NCBI GenBank assembly: GCA_038153405.1
Contig: JAYOYH010000001.1
Location: 200,403 to 264,402, forward strand
Source of the DNA: Gemmatimonadota bacterium
GTDB taxonomy: Bacteria > Latescibacterota > UBA2968 > UBA8231
Direction of reading: 5' to 3'
DNA length: 64,000 nucleotides
Shown: positions 1 to 9,612 of the stretch, piece by piece
Numbering within the stretch: the first letter of the stretch is position 1
How the letters are laid out: every line of letters begins with the position of its first letter
Notes under the pieces: generated by a model
What the model was told of the DNA's origin: nothing
The model's input: the letters and a program-made list of their open reading frames with translations, nothing else
Databases searched by the model: none
Translations under genes and position numbers: made by a program

Positions 1-483
1 TTCGTCTAAGACTAGATAGCGCGGCTGCATGGCGCTTGCTGCCGCAATGGCAAGGCGCTGCTTTTCGCCCCCGGATAGGCGATTGGGTGCGCTATGGCGA
101 TGGGAAAGCAGGTCGAAGTCGCGCAGGGCGCGTTCGATGCGCGTGTGCATTTCTTCGCGGGAAAGCGACAGATTTTCCAGGCCAAAGGCCAATTCGCTTT
201 CCACCGTCGTGGCGACCAACTGGTCGTCGGGGTTTTGGAACACCATGCCAACCGTGCGCCGAATTGCCGGTAGCTGGTTGTGATCTGCCGTCGACATGCC
301 GTCGATGAGCAGCGCGCCAGCCTGCGGAATCAGGAGCCCATTCAGACAGCGCGCCAGCGTCGTTTTACCCGAGCCATTGGCACCGATAATGGCCACAGAT
401 TCACCGGGGGCAATCTGCAGATTGATGTCCTGTAGCACGGGGGTGTCGCCGAAGTGAAATCGCACATCGCGTATGTCGATCAT
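1..483 (-). CDS. ecfA: ECF/CbiO-type ABC transporter ATPase, runs off window start
   Basis: Manual translation from ATG 483: MIDIRDVRF...GANGSGKTT (Walker A), VGMVFQNPDDQLV (Q-loop), LSGGEKQR (signature), LVLDE (Walker B at window edge). Not in ORF track. Confidence 0.9.
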   Translation of the reverse strand, partial: MIDIRDVRFHFGDTPVLQDINLQIAPGESVAIIGANGSGKTTLARCLNGLLIPQAGALLIDGMSTADHNQLPAIRRTVGMVFQNPDDQLVATTVESELAFGLENLSLSREEMHTRIERALRDFDLLSHRHSAPNRLSGGEKQRLAIAAASAMQPRYLVLDE

Positions 484-610
484 GGCCAGGCAAGAATAGA
501 GCGTTGGCCGGTGGACGTCAAGGTGCCTTTGGTTGACATTGGCCGTGTTGTTGGTTTATTTAGGGCAAGAAGTTAGCGTCTATTGGCTATGGCGTACTAC
601 AGTATGTACT

Positions 611-643
611 GCTCCGCACCTACTGGCGGGGCTTTTGTTTTTT
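611..643 (+). terminator. Intrinsic terminator-like hairpin upstream of the hydrolase gene
   Basis: GCTCCGC-N8-GCGGGGC followed by TTTTGTTTTTT. Confidence 0.5.
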
Positions 644-670
644 GCCCTTCGTGCCGACGAGGAGTTGGAG

Positions 671-1504
671 ATGAAAAAAATCCTGCACATATGGCTATTC
701 GGCTGTGCGTTAGTCCTGGCGGGATGCGGCAATTCAGACGACTATGGCGTCGATATTACCGGTCCAGAAGTCAGCACGGGCCCCGGCCGCGTCTATCCCA
801 TAAGCGAGGTGAGCTTTCTCTCCAACGACGGCGTGCCCATCAGCGCGCTCTACGGCGTGCAGGCTGCCGCCGAGCGGCTGCCTGTCGTCATTCTCTTGCA
901 CGATCTGGGCGGAGCCAAGGAAGAGTGGCTATCGACTACTGATCTCTTTGTCGAATTGCTGGCGCGCGGCTATGCCGTCGTGGCGATCGATATGCGCGGG
1001 CACGGGCGAACGCCGCTGCCCGAAAGGCGACAGGTGCTGCTGGTCGAGGATTTGGAAAACAGTTTCCTCGACGTCCACGCCACGCTCAGCTGGCTGTTGG
1101 GACAGAGGGCGGTTAACCCCAACCGCATTGCCCTTATCGGCACCGGCTCTGGCGGCAACGTGGCTTATGTTAGCTCGGGCGTTTTTCCACAGCAGATCAA
1201 AACCAGCATATCCCTATCGGCGGGTCTGTGGGAAGCGTCTTCGCTGTCTCCGCTGGTCATCGGCAACGGCATCGAGCCCTTTGGTCCCCGTTCTATGCTG
1301 TTCCTCGTCGGTGGTCTAGACGCGCTACAAGGTCCCGATATCGTGCTGAGCTACGCGGACTTTGCCCGCAACTTGGCCGCTGCCACTGCAGAGCCCAAAT
1401 CGCTTCGCATTTTTCAGAATTCCTCCGCTCACGGCGTCGACCTAATTAACGAAGTGCCCGAGGCCAAGGACCTGCTTTTCCTCTGGTTGGAGAACAACCT
1501 CTAA
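671..1504 (+). CDS. Alpha/beta-hydrolase-fold lipoprotein
   Basis: ATG after GGAG; signal MKKILHIWLFGCALVLAGC with lipobox; VILLHDLGG, IDMRGHG, RIALIGTGSGG elbow, C-terminal AHG. Confidence 0.8.
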   Translation: MKKILHIWLFGCALVLAGCGNSDDYGVDITGPEVSTGPGRVYPISEVSFLSNDGVPISALYGVQAAAERLPVVILLHDLGGAKEEWLSTTDLFVELLARGYAVVAIDMRGHGRTPLPERRQVLLVEDLENSFLDVHATLSWLLGQRAVNPNRIALIGTGSGGNVAYVSSGVFPQQIKTSISLSAGLWEASSLSPLVIGNGIEPFGPRSMLFLVGGLDALQGPDIVLSYADFARNLAAATAEPKSLRIFQNSSAHGVDLINEVPEAKDLLFLWLENNL

Positions 1505-1523
1505 GCAGTGCAGGCCGACGTGC

Positions 1524-2216
1524 ATGACAGGTCACCCTTCAATCTGTGTTATTATTCCGGCCTTTAACGAAGAGCGGGCCATCGGTAAGGTCCTCGATGA
1601 AATCCCTGCAGCCGTCGCCGCAATCATCGTAGTCGATAACGGCTCCACCGATCAGACGGCTTCTGTTGCGCGCCAGCGCGGGGCCACGGTCGTGCACGAG
1701 CCCATCAGAGGCTATGGCCGCGCCTGTCTGCGCGGTATGGCCGCCTTGGGCGATCCCGATATCGTCGTTTTTCTCGACGGCGACTACAGCGACTTCCCGC
1801 AAGAAATGCCTTCCCTCTACGAGCCCATTGCTGCTGGACATGCCGATATGGTTATTGGTTCGCGCGTGCTGGGAGAGCGAGAGCGCGGTGCATTGCTGCC
1901 GCAGGCGCGCTTTGGCAATTGGTTGGCAACCCGGTTGATCCGCTGGTTGTACGGCGTATCCTTTACTGACCTAGGGCCATTTAGGGCCATTGACTACGGA
2001 GCGCTGCGGCGATTGCGGATGTGCGATGGTGACTTTGGTTGGACGGTGGAAATGCAGGTAAAGGCGGCGCGCCTTGGCCTGCGCTGTGCAGAAGTGCCGG
2101 TCCGCTATCGCAAGCGCATTGGCACGTCAAAAATCAGCGGAACAATTAGCGGATCGCTGCGCGCTGGGCACAAAATTCTTTGGACCATTTTTCGCCACCT
2201 TGGCCATGGTGAGTAG
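1524..2216 (+). CDS. Glycosyltransferase family 2 (DPM1-like)
   Basis: IIPAFNEE, VVDNGSTD, FLDGDYSD, MVIGSR, FTDLGPFRAI. Confidence 0.92.
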   Translation: MTGHPSICVIIPAFNEERAIGKVLDEIPAAVAAIIVVDNGSTDQTASVARQRGATVVHEPIRGYGRACLRGMAALGDPDIVVFLDGDYSDFPQEMPSLYEPIAAGHADMVIGSRVLGERERGALLPQARFGNWLATRLIRWLYGVSFTDLGPFRAIDYGALRRLRMCDGDFGWTVEMQVKAARLGLRCAEVPVRYRKRIGTSKISGTISGSLRAGHKILWTIFRHLGHGE

Positions 2217-3925
2217 TGGTTTTGCAACGGCGTGAATTGGCCGCCCTGTCCGCGTTGCTCTGCCTCGCCCTATGGCTGCGCGCATGGGGCCTCGATCAGG
2301 GCTATCCGGCGATGTACGGTCACGTCGACGAAGTGGGCGTAGCGGCCAGCATCTGGAATTTCTATCGCGCACAGACCTTGTTGCCCACCGAGTTTACCTA
2401 TCCTGCACTCTACTCCTATCTGACGGCTGCGGCCTTATACATAGTGACCTCGTTGGGCTGGGGGCCGCACGGGCAGGACGTTTCTGATAGCCTCGTACTG
2501 ATATCCTATATCGATCCGGCGCGCGCCGCGCTGGTCGGGCGCTGGATCAGCGTTTTGTTGGGAACGGCTACGGTATATGCCACCTTTGCGCTGGGGCGGC
2601 GCCTAGGCGGAGTTGAGGTAGGCATCGTAGCCGCCCTGCTTACAGCCTTTGCACGCGTGCCCGTGCAGCAGGCTCACCACGCGCTGCCCGATACGGCGAT
2701 GGCCTTCGGGGCGCTGTGCGCGATGAGTGCGGCTTGGCGCATTGTCGAAGGGGATTCGTGGCGCGCCTACCTGGCCGCCGGTGTGGCTGCCGGGTGCGTG
2801 GTGGCCACAAAATACAACGGCGCCTTGATTGCTCTTGCCATACCCGCGGCGCATATGCTGCGCGCGCAGGGGAAGTGGACGGCGCTGGGCGATATTAAAC
2901 TATGGAGTGCCATTGCCGCTTCCTTCCTCGCGCTCTTTGTCGGTTCGCCCTATATCGTTCTTGCCGCCGAAAAATATTGGTCCGTCGCCCGCTACCAATT
3001 CTCGAGTCTAGACTTCTCGCTGACTGAGACGCAGCCGTGGTGGTGGGTCGTGCGTTCGCTGCTGGAATACGAATGGGGAATAGGAGGAGCTATGCTGCTG
3101 GGTATGGGGTGGGCTATTTGGCGGCGCGGACCGTTTGAAATACTGCTCTTATCGACGTGGGTGCCCAGCTTTATTTACATCGGCTCGTGGACGCGCGAGA
3201 GCCTGCACTATGTGCTGCACTTCTATCCGCTGTGGGCCATTGCCGCTGCCCTCGCGCTGAAGTGGGCCCGTAGGCGCATGGGTGTGGGCTGCGCCTGGCC
3301 GTTGATGGGCGTGGCCATTTTGGTCGCGCCCAACCTCTATGCGGGGGCTGAGTCGGGCAGGGAAATGGCACAGCCCGACGTGCGTGAGCAGGCGGCAGAG
3401 TGGATTGAGCAGCGCGCTGCCGAGGGAACGGTGCTCGCTACTACGTGGCTGCCGTACGGGCCGCAATTAGAACTGCAATCGGCGCGGCGTGGACTGCTCC
3501 AGGCGTACCGATCGCAGCCGCAGGTCTTGGCCTTTCTCGAAACATACTGGGCAAAGCGACCGGCCTACGAGCTGGTCAATCTGGAAGTATGGCTCAAACA
3601 GCCCGTCGTTCCCGAAGTGTACCGTCCCCACGTCGACCTCGACGACCCAGAGACGCGCCGCGTCTTCAGCCGAGGTTGGCTTAGCCCCCGTCAGCTCAAG
3701 AGTCGCGGCGTGCGCTACATCGTGCTGCCCGAGGCGGTCTATGGCCGCTATCTGGAGGGCGAGCCGCCGGGCGAACGGAGTGCAGCGCACTACCACTACG
3801 CGAAAAATCGCGCCTATTTTTCCAACCTCATCGATCCGGCTAACGGCCAAGTCGAGCGCGTTGCGCGCTTTGTCGCCCGCTCCGGCGAAAAGGGCAGCGC
3901 CATCGCCATTTATCGCCTGCGTTAG
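2216..3925 (+). CDS. GT-C fold membrane glycosyltransferase (ArnT/PMT-like)
   Basis: First-loop HVDE motif, many TM helices, ATKYNG; coupled to GT2 gene. Confidence 0.8.
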   Translation: MVLQRRELAALSALLCLALWLRAWGLDQGYPAMYGHVDEVGVAASIWNFYRAQTLLPTEFTYPALYSYLTAAALYIVTSLGWGPHGQDVSDSLVLISYIDPARAALVGRWISVLLGTATVYATFALGRRLGGVEVGIVAALLTAFARVPVQQAHHALPDTAMAFGALCAMSAAWRIVEGDSWRAYLAAGVAAGCVVATKYNGALIALAIPAAHMLRAQGKWTALGDIKLWSAIAASFLALFVGSPYIVLAAEKYWSVARYQFSSLDFSLTETQPWWWVVRSLLEYEWGIGGAMLLGMGWAIWRRGPFEILLLSTWVPSFIYIGSWTRESLHYVLHFYPLWAIAAALALKWARRRMGVGCAWPLMGVAILVAPNLYAGAESGREMAQPDVREQAAEWIEQRAAEGTVLATTWLPYGPQLELQSARRGLLQAYRSQPQVLAFLETYWAKRPAYELVNLEVWLKQPVVPEVYRPHVDLDDPETRRVFSRGWLSPRQLKSRGVRYIVLPEAVYGRYLEGEPPGERSAAHYHYAKNRAYFSNLIDPANGQVERVARFVARSGEKGSAIAIYRLR

Positions 3926-5085
3926 TTCTGCAACAGGCCCATGGCCATATTGGCGGCAATATGCGACTGGGTAAGCGTGGCCGCCGACGCCTGCCGGATG
4001 ATTTCGTTGCGCGCTAACTGAGATGTTTCCCAGGCGTAATCGACGTCGCGTATGGTCGCTTCCGAAGCGCTAATGCGCTCGATGGAATTGGTGGTAAAGT
4101 CTAGGGTGTGCGTCAGTCGGTTGACTATGGCGCCCACCTGCCCGCGCACTTTACCAACGCGGTAGATCGCTCCATCCAAATGGGACAGCGCCGCGCGCGC
4201 CGTGTCGCGCGTGCCCATGCTGATGCCGGCCAAGTCCAATACGGTTCCGTCCGTTTGCAGGTCGGCGATATCGTAGTCTAATCGATCGGCAGGTACGGCA
4301 TCGCTGCCCAGTTGGAAGCTGCCGCCAATGTTTTGAATCTCGATAGTTTTTCCGTCTAGTTCGCCGTCGCTATAAGCGCCCAGTGCGCCCTTTACCCCTT
4401 GACCTGCTAGCACGACTTCAATGCCGAGGGAGTCGAAATTGACGACCTGAGTCGTTCCGTCCGCTACGTTGCCGTCCACCGTGCGCGATCCCAAGTTGAC
4501 CGTCTGCGTAATCGTTCCGTTGCCCAGGGTGATTTCGTTATCATCTGGGTTATCCATAAAGGTATACGTGCCCTCTGTCGCACCGGTTAGTTTGATAAAG
4601 CGGACCCCGGTATCGGCTGCGTCGGTCACGGCGGTTGAAGCGTCTTTGATAACGGAGTTGCCAAATCCGCTCAGCACGGTCTGATCGTTATAGCTCGATA
4701 CGCGAACGAGCCGGTCGATTTCCCCCTTCAATTGGTTGAACTCGGCCTCGATGGCTTCGCGGTTTTTGTCGTTGAGCGTGTCGGTAGATGATTCGAGTGC
4801 CAACTCGCGCATGCGGATGAGCATGGCGCTGATCTCGTTCATTCCGCCTTCTGCCGTATGCAGGAGGTCGAGGGCATTTTCCGTGTTGCGCGCGCCTTGG
4901 GCCAGACCTTCTAATTCGGCGCGCATGCCTTCGGACATAGAGAGGCGCGCGGCGCTGTCGCGGGCAGAGTTAATGGCCAGGCCCGACGATAGGCGCGCTC
5001 TGCGATCTAGGCTATCCCGCTCTACTTGGCCAAGCGTGTTCGAGGTCCGCAGGGCGGAAATATTGCTGTTGATGCTGATGGTCAT
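3922..5085 (-). CDS. fliC: Flagellin paralog A
   Basis: ISINSNISAL...RLSSGLAINSARD; AEGGMNEISAMLIRMRELA; C-terminal RGQVGAIVNRL...IRDVDYA. Confidence 0.93.
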   Translation of the reverse strand: MTISINSNISALRTSNTLGQVERDSLDRRARLSSGLAINSARDSAARLSMSEGMRAELEGLAQGARNTENALDLLHTAEGGMNEISAMLIRMRELALESSTDTLNDKNREAIEAEFNQLKGEIDRLVRVSSYNDQTVLSGFGNSVIKDASTAVTDAADTGVRFIKLTGATEGTYTFMDNPDDNEITLGNGTITQTVNLGSRTVDGNVADGTTQVVNFDSLGIEVVLAGQGVKGALGAYSDGELDGKTIEIQNIGGSFQLGSDAVPADRLDYDIADLQTDGTVLDLAGISMGTRDTARAALSHLDGAIYRVGKVRGQVGAIVNRLTHTLDFTTNSIERISASEATIRDVDYAWETSQLARNEIIRQASAATLTQSHIAANMAMGLLQN

Positions 5086-5192
5086 TTTCGAACCTCCTTG
5101 TTCTTATAGACCTTGGGGCAGCGGCCAACTGCGCGGTGGCAGATGGCTCAACAAATATATTAAACTTAGCATTACTTGATACTACATGATAT

Positions 5193-5219
5193 TTATCGGG
5201 ATAAAAAATAGCGACTTTA
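5193..5219 (-). promoter_or_regulatory. Sigma28 (FliA/SigD) promoter for flagellin A
   Basis: Minus strand TAAA-N15-CCCGATAA vs consensus TAAA-N15-GCCGATAA. Confidence 0.75.
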
Positions 5220-5249
5220 CGATTTTTTTAAAAAACTTGAAGAAGCCAT

Positions 5250-5277
5250 TAAAGTTGCGTTGTAAAGTCGCCGATAT
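5250..5277 (+). promoter_or_regulatory. Sigma28 (FliA/SigD) promoter for flagellin B
   Basis: TAAA-N16-GCCGATAT, matching the SigD-type consensus. Confidence 0.85.
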
Positions 5278-5419
5278 ACTGAGTAGGGTCATTGCGATTT
5301 GATCATACCTGTAAACATAACAGCGATTTATATAATTACAAATAGCTGTAAATAATATACTTATCAATTGGGAAAATCATTCCTCCGGCCGGTGGAATTA
5401 AGCGAGGAGCGTATCCTGA

Positions 5420-6577
5420 ATGCCACTCAGAGTCAATCACAATCTCAAAGCGATCAACGCCCAGCGCATGATAAAGCGCAATACCGGTGCCATGAATCGC
5501 CAATTGGAACGCCTGTCTTCGGGCATGCGCGTCAACCGGGCCGCCGACGATGCGGCCGGCTTGTCTATTTCTGAGGGCATGCGCGGTGAGATATCGGGTC
5601 TCAACCAGAACGTGCGCAATGCGGAACACGCGACCAACCTCTTGCAGGTGGCCGAGGGGTCTCTGCATGAGGTGAGTAGCATTCTCTTGCGCATGCGCGA
5701 ATTGGCCGTTCAATCGGCTTCGAGCACGATGAACGATACCAACCGCGAGTCGATGCTGGCCGAATTCACCCAACTGCGCACGGAGATCGATCGCATTGCC
5801 GAATCGACCACCTACAACGACCAGTCGCTATTGGTCGGTTTTGGCAATAGTGCGTCGGCTGATTCCACGGCGATAACGACGAGCAATGAGACGGGCGTGG
5901 TGCGCGTGGGACTGAACGCGGTCCAGGCTGGCACCTACACATTTATAGACAGTGCGGGCGATGACGAAGTCACCTTGGGCAACGGCGTGGTGACCCAGAC
6001 TATCAGTTTGGGGACCAAGTTAGAGGATGGCGCCGTGTCTGAAGGGTCGACGATCATCGCCAATTTTGATCGACTTGGCATTCAGGTATCGCTGGCCGGC
6101 GTCGGTGGTTCGGGTGCTACGGGCAGCTATGTCGACGGAGATCTGGGCGGCGAGAACTTGGTTGTGGAAGAAGGTACGGGCGGCGACTTTCAGGTGGGGC
6201 CGACGGACGCCGCGGTAAATCGCATTGAAGTGGGGATTGGCGATCTGCGCGCCTCGGGCAGCATTCTCAATCTCAATGAAGCATCGGTCGATACGATTGG
6301 CAGCGCGCGTCAGGCCATATCGACAATCGACCAGGCCATTTTCAATCTGTCCAACGAGCGCGGCAAAATTGGTTCGGCGCAGAACAGACTATCGTTCACC
6401 ATCGCCTACAGCGAGAACGAGATTGAGAATATACAGGCTTCTGAGGCGACGATTCGCGATGCCGATATCGCTCTGGAAGTGACGGAGTTCAGCCGTGGGC
6501 AGATTCTCATGCAGAGCAGTACCGCGATGTTGGCGCAGGCCAACGTAAGTGCCGTATCGGTGTTATCGCTCCTGTGA
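5420..6577 (+). CDS. fliC: Flagellin paralog B
   Basis: LRVNHNLKA...RLSSGMRVNRAADDAAGLSIS; RGKIGSAQNRL...IRDADIA...MLAQAN...VLSLL. Confidence 0.95.
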   Translation: MPLRVNHNLKAINAQRMIKRNTGAMNRQLERLSSGMRVNRAADDAAGLSISEGMRGEISGLNQNVRNAEHATNLLQVAEGSLHEVSSILLRMRELAVQSASSTMNDTNRESMLAEFTQLRTEIDRIAESTTYNDQSLLVGFGNSASADSTAITTSNETGVVRVGLNAVQAGTYTFIDSAGDDEVTLGNGVVTQTISLGTKLEDGAVSEGSTIIANFDRLGIQVSLAGVGGSGATGSYVDGDLGGENLVVEEGTGGDFQVGPTDAAVNRIEVGIGDLRASGSILNLNEASVDTIGSARQAISTIDQAIFNLSNERGKIGSAQNRLSFTIAYSENEIENIQASEATIRDADIALEVTEFSRGQILMQSSTAMLAQANVSAVSVLSLL

Positions 6578-6617
6578 GAAGGGCGCCGTAAGAGAGCGCT
6601 ATAACCGCATGACGAGC

Positions 6618-6643
6618 AGGGCCATTTCGCCTGGAGTGGCCCT
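6618..6643 (+). terminator. Stem-loop after flagellin B (weak U tract)
   Basis: AGGGCCATTTC-GCCT-GGAGTGGCCCT, 11-bp stem. Confidence 0.45.
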
Positions 6644-6697
6644 CTCTCCGTATCTGTCTTGACGAATGGGGACGTCTCCACTATTCTCCTCTTCCCC

Positions 6698-7726
6698 ATG
6701 AATCTTTCCGACTACGATTTCGATCTTCCGCAGGAACTGATCGCCCAAGAGCCGGTTGCCCAGCGCGATCAGTCGCGCCTGCTCGTGCTCGATCGCGGCG
6801 AGGGCAGCGTGCGCCATATGCGCTTTGCCGATATTGTCGACCTTGTTGCGCCTGGCGACGTGCTCGTCGTCAACCAAACGCGCGTTTTTCCCGCCCGGTT
6901 GCACGGCACGCGCGCGCAGACGGGCGGCAAGGTCGAACTATTGCTCATCGCGCGCGAGCCCAGCGGCCATTGGTTGGCCATGGGAAAGCCGGGGAGGGCG
7001 CTGCAGGTGGGCAGCGAGCTCGTTTTTGCAGAGGGTAGGCTGCGCGCCTTTGTCGTAGAGCGCACGGTAGGGGGACGCGTCCGACTGCAGTTCGACGCGG
7101 AGGATATCATGCCCATCGTCGAACAAGTGGGAGAGATACCGCTGCCACCCTACATTCGCCGCGCGGCGACGAGCGACGATGCCGATCGCTACCAGACCGT
7201 GTTTGCGCGCGCGCACGGGGCGATTGCCGCTCCGACGGCTGGTCTGCATTTTACGCAACCGCTCTTAGATCAAATCGGTCGCGCCGGCACGGCTATTGAG
7301 CCGGTGTTGCTGCATGTAGGACCGGGCACATTTGAACCAGTGCGCGCGACCGATCCGCGTGCCCATCGCATAGAAGCGGAGTACTTTGAAGTCTCTGCCA
7401 CGGCAGCGGAGGAAATCAATCGGCGGCGGCGGGACGGGGGACGCGCCGTCGCTGTAGGCACGACGTCGGTGCGCGCTTTGGAAACGGCCGTCGACGGTAA
7501 GGGGCTGCTGCACGAATCCAATGGATGGACCGATGCCTTTATTTATCCGCCCTATACATTTGGCGCGGTGGATGTTCTGGTGACGAATTTCCATTTGCCC
7601 AAATCAACGCTGCTGATGCTCGTTGCCGCGTTTGCCGGCTACGAGCACCTGATGAGGGCCTACGCTGAAGCGGTGCGAGAGGGTTATCGATTTTACAGCT
7701 ATGGCGATGCTATGATGGTAGTCTGA
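6698..7726 (+). CDS. queA: SAM:tRNA ribosyltransferase-isomerase
   Basis: DYDFDLPQELIAQEP, PLPPYIRR, YQTVFA, AAPTAGLHFT, LHVGPGTF, YRFYSYGDAM. Confidence 0.97.
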   Translation: MNLSDYDFDLPQELIAQEPVAQRDQSRLLVLDRGEGSVRHMRFADIVDLVAPGDVLVVNQTRVFPARLHGTRAQTGGKVELLLIAREPSGHWLAMGKPGRALQVGSELVFAEGRLRAFVVERTVGGRVRLQFDAEDIMPIVEQVGEIPLPPYIRRAATSDDADRYQTVFARAHGAIAAPTAGLHFTQPLLDQIGRAGTAIEPVLLHVGPGTFEPVRATDPRAHRIEAEYFEVSATAAEEINRRRRDGGRAVAVGTTSVRALETAVDGKGLLHESNGWTDAFIYPPYTFGAVDVLVTNFHLPKSTLLMLVAAFAGYEHLMRAYAEAVREGYRFYSYGDAMMVV

Positions 7727-7729
7727 GCT

Positions 7730-8905
7730 ATGAGTGAGAGGCGAGCAACGGCCATTGTAGTCGCAGGCGGCAAGGGCGTGCGCATGGGCGGCGATCTACC
7801 CAAGCAGTATATGCAGCTGCGCGGTCGGCCGGTTATGTGGCATACACTAATGTGCTTTGAGCGCGCAGAAAGCATCGCGTCGATTGTCGTCGTCGTGCGC
7901 GCAGAGGATCTACAGTACTGCCATCAAGAAGTGCTGGGCGACGGTCTTTTTTGCAAGGTGCGCGCCGTGGTGGCTGGCGGTGCCGAGCGCGCAGATTCCG
8001 TCCGCGCCGGGCTCGAGGCAACGGAGTCCAGCGATGAGATTATACTGGTGCACGACGCCGTGCGGCCTTTTGTCTCTGCCGAGTTGATCGGGCGCGTGGT
8101 CGCTGCGGCCGCTCAGTGGGGAGCGGCGCTGCCGTGCCTACCCGTGAAAGAGACCATCAAAGTCGTCGACGGCAAATGGGTTCGCTCGACGCCTCAGCGC
8201 CAGACGCTGCAGGGCGCGCAAACGCCTCAGGGTTTTCGCCGCGATATACTGTCGAGAGCCCATGCCGCCGATCGAGTACCCGAGGCGACGGACGATGCCA
8301 TGTTGGTCGAAGATCTCGGGCTGCCGGTGCGCGTCGTCGCCGGCGAAGAGGTCAACCGAAAGCTAACTACGCCCGCCGATTGGGCATGGGCACAGCATCA
8401 TCTAGCGGAGGAAGAGCATATGGCCAAAGTGGAGATGCGCGTGGGGCAGGGATACGATGTGCACCGTTTGGGACCGGACCGCAGGCTAGTTTTGGGCGGG
8501 GTAGAGGTGCCATTTCACTTAGGACTCGAGGGGCATTCGGATGCCGATGTGTTGACACACGCAATTATCGACGCGCTAGTCGGAGCCATTGGCGAGGGCG
8601 ACATTGGGCGCCTCTTCCCAGACGACGATGCGCAATACGAGAATATTTCGAGCCTGATTCTTTTGCAGCGCGTCGGTGCTCTACTGGCTCAACGCGGGGC
8701 CGAGATCGTCAATGTCGATGCCGTGGTTATGGCGCAGCGACCCAAACTAGCGCCTCATATCGATGCGATGCGAGCAGCCCTGGCGGAAGTGCTGGGCGTT
8801 GAATTGGCCACTGTTTCGATCAAGGCGACGACGACGGAGCGCCTGGGCTTTGTCGGGCGCGAAGAGGGCATGGCGGCGCAGGCCGTTGCGCTGGTGCGAC
8901 TGTAG
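7730..8905 (+). CDS. ispDF: Bifunctional IspD/IspF (MEP pathway)
   Basis: AGGKGVRMG..PKQY, HDAVRP, QTPQGF; then GQGYDVH, GHSDADV, IKATTTERLG. Confidence 0.95.
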   Translation: MSERRATAIVVAGGKGVRMGGDLPKQYMQLRGRPVMWHTLMCFERAESIASIVVVVRAEDLQYCHQEVLGDGLFCKVRAVVAGGAERADSVRAGLEATESSDEIILVHDAVRPFVSAELIGRVVAAAAQWGAALPCLPVKETIKVVDGKWVRSTPQRQTLQGAQTPQGFRRDILSRAHAADRVPEATDDAMLVEDLGLPVRVVAGEEVNRKLTTPADWAWAQHHLAEEEHMAKVEMRVGQGYDVHRLGPDRRLVLGGVEVPFHLGLEGHSDADVLTHAIIDALVGAIGEGDIGRLFPDDDAQYENISSLILLQRVGALLAQRGAEIVNVDAVVMAQRPKLAPHIDAMRAALAEVLGVELATVSIKATTTERLGFVGREEGMAAQAVALVRL

Positions 8906-8909
8906 GGCG

Positions 8910-9518
8910 ATGGAAGAATTTGTCCAGCAGCATATTATCGAGCGCTTGGAAGGCATGGATGCGCAGTGGGCCTACGGCTTGCTCTTCCTCAGTGCCATTA
9001 TGGAAAATATCGCGCCCCCGGTGCCCGGCGATACCGTCGTGGTGTTTAGCGCGTATTTGGTCGGCCGCGGCGTTTGGAGCTTTTGGCCCGTTTTTTTTGC
9101 AACGGTAGGCGGAGGTATTGCGGGTTTTATGGCGATGTTTTTTCTCGGCGCGCGCTATGGCCGTGCGCTGTTTAGCGGTCGGCACGGGCGCATATTCTCT
9201 GCCGAGGGGCTCGACAGAGCTGAGCAGTGGCTCGCGCGCTATGGTATCTGGCTTATCTTGGGCAATCGATTTCTGTCGGGCGTTCGCTCGGTGATCGCCA
9301 TTGCGGCCGGCATCGGCGGCATGGGGCCAGTGCGCGTAGCGCTTGGCGGCGCGCTGAGTATGGTCGTGTGGAACGGACTTTTGCTGTATGTGGGTATGCT
9401 GCTCGGGCAAAACTGGTCCGAAGTGGGCGAGATGCTGAAACAGTATAATCGCGTCTTGCTGGCTGTCGCCGCCGTTGGTATTCTGTTGTTTATAGGCCGT
9501 AGATGGACAAAGACTTGA
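8910..9518 (+). CDS. DedA family membrane protein
   Basis: ENIAPPVPGD, NRFLSGVRS, hydrophobic helices. Confidence 0.9.
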   Translation: MEEFVQQHIIERLEGMDAQWAYGLLFLSAIMENIAPPVPGDTVVVFSAYLVGRGVWSFWPVFFATVGGGIAGFMAMFFLGARYGRALFSGRHGRIFSAEGLDRAEQWLARYGIWLILGNRFLSGVRSVIAIAAGIGGMGPVRVALGGALSMVVWNGLLLYVGMLLGQNWSEVGEMLKQYNRVLLAVAAVGILLFIGRRWTKT

Positions 9519-9543
9519 CAACCCGAATCAGCGCCTTTAATTT
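9515..9543 (+). promoter_or_regulatory. Sigma70 promoter of rplM operon
   Basis: TTGACA-N17-TAATTT. Confidence 0.65.
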
Positions 9544-9612
9544 TAACGTCTTATTCAATATATGCATTTGTTCGTGCGGCCGTGTGCTGCGCGTTTTTGC
9601 GGAATGGACAGC

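Noticed and set aside
5182..5367. 61-aa ORF between the flagellins
   Set aside because: Overlaps both sigma28 promoters; AT-rich regulatory DNA without an RBS.
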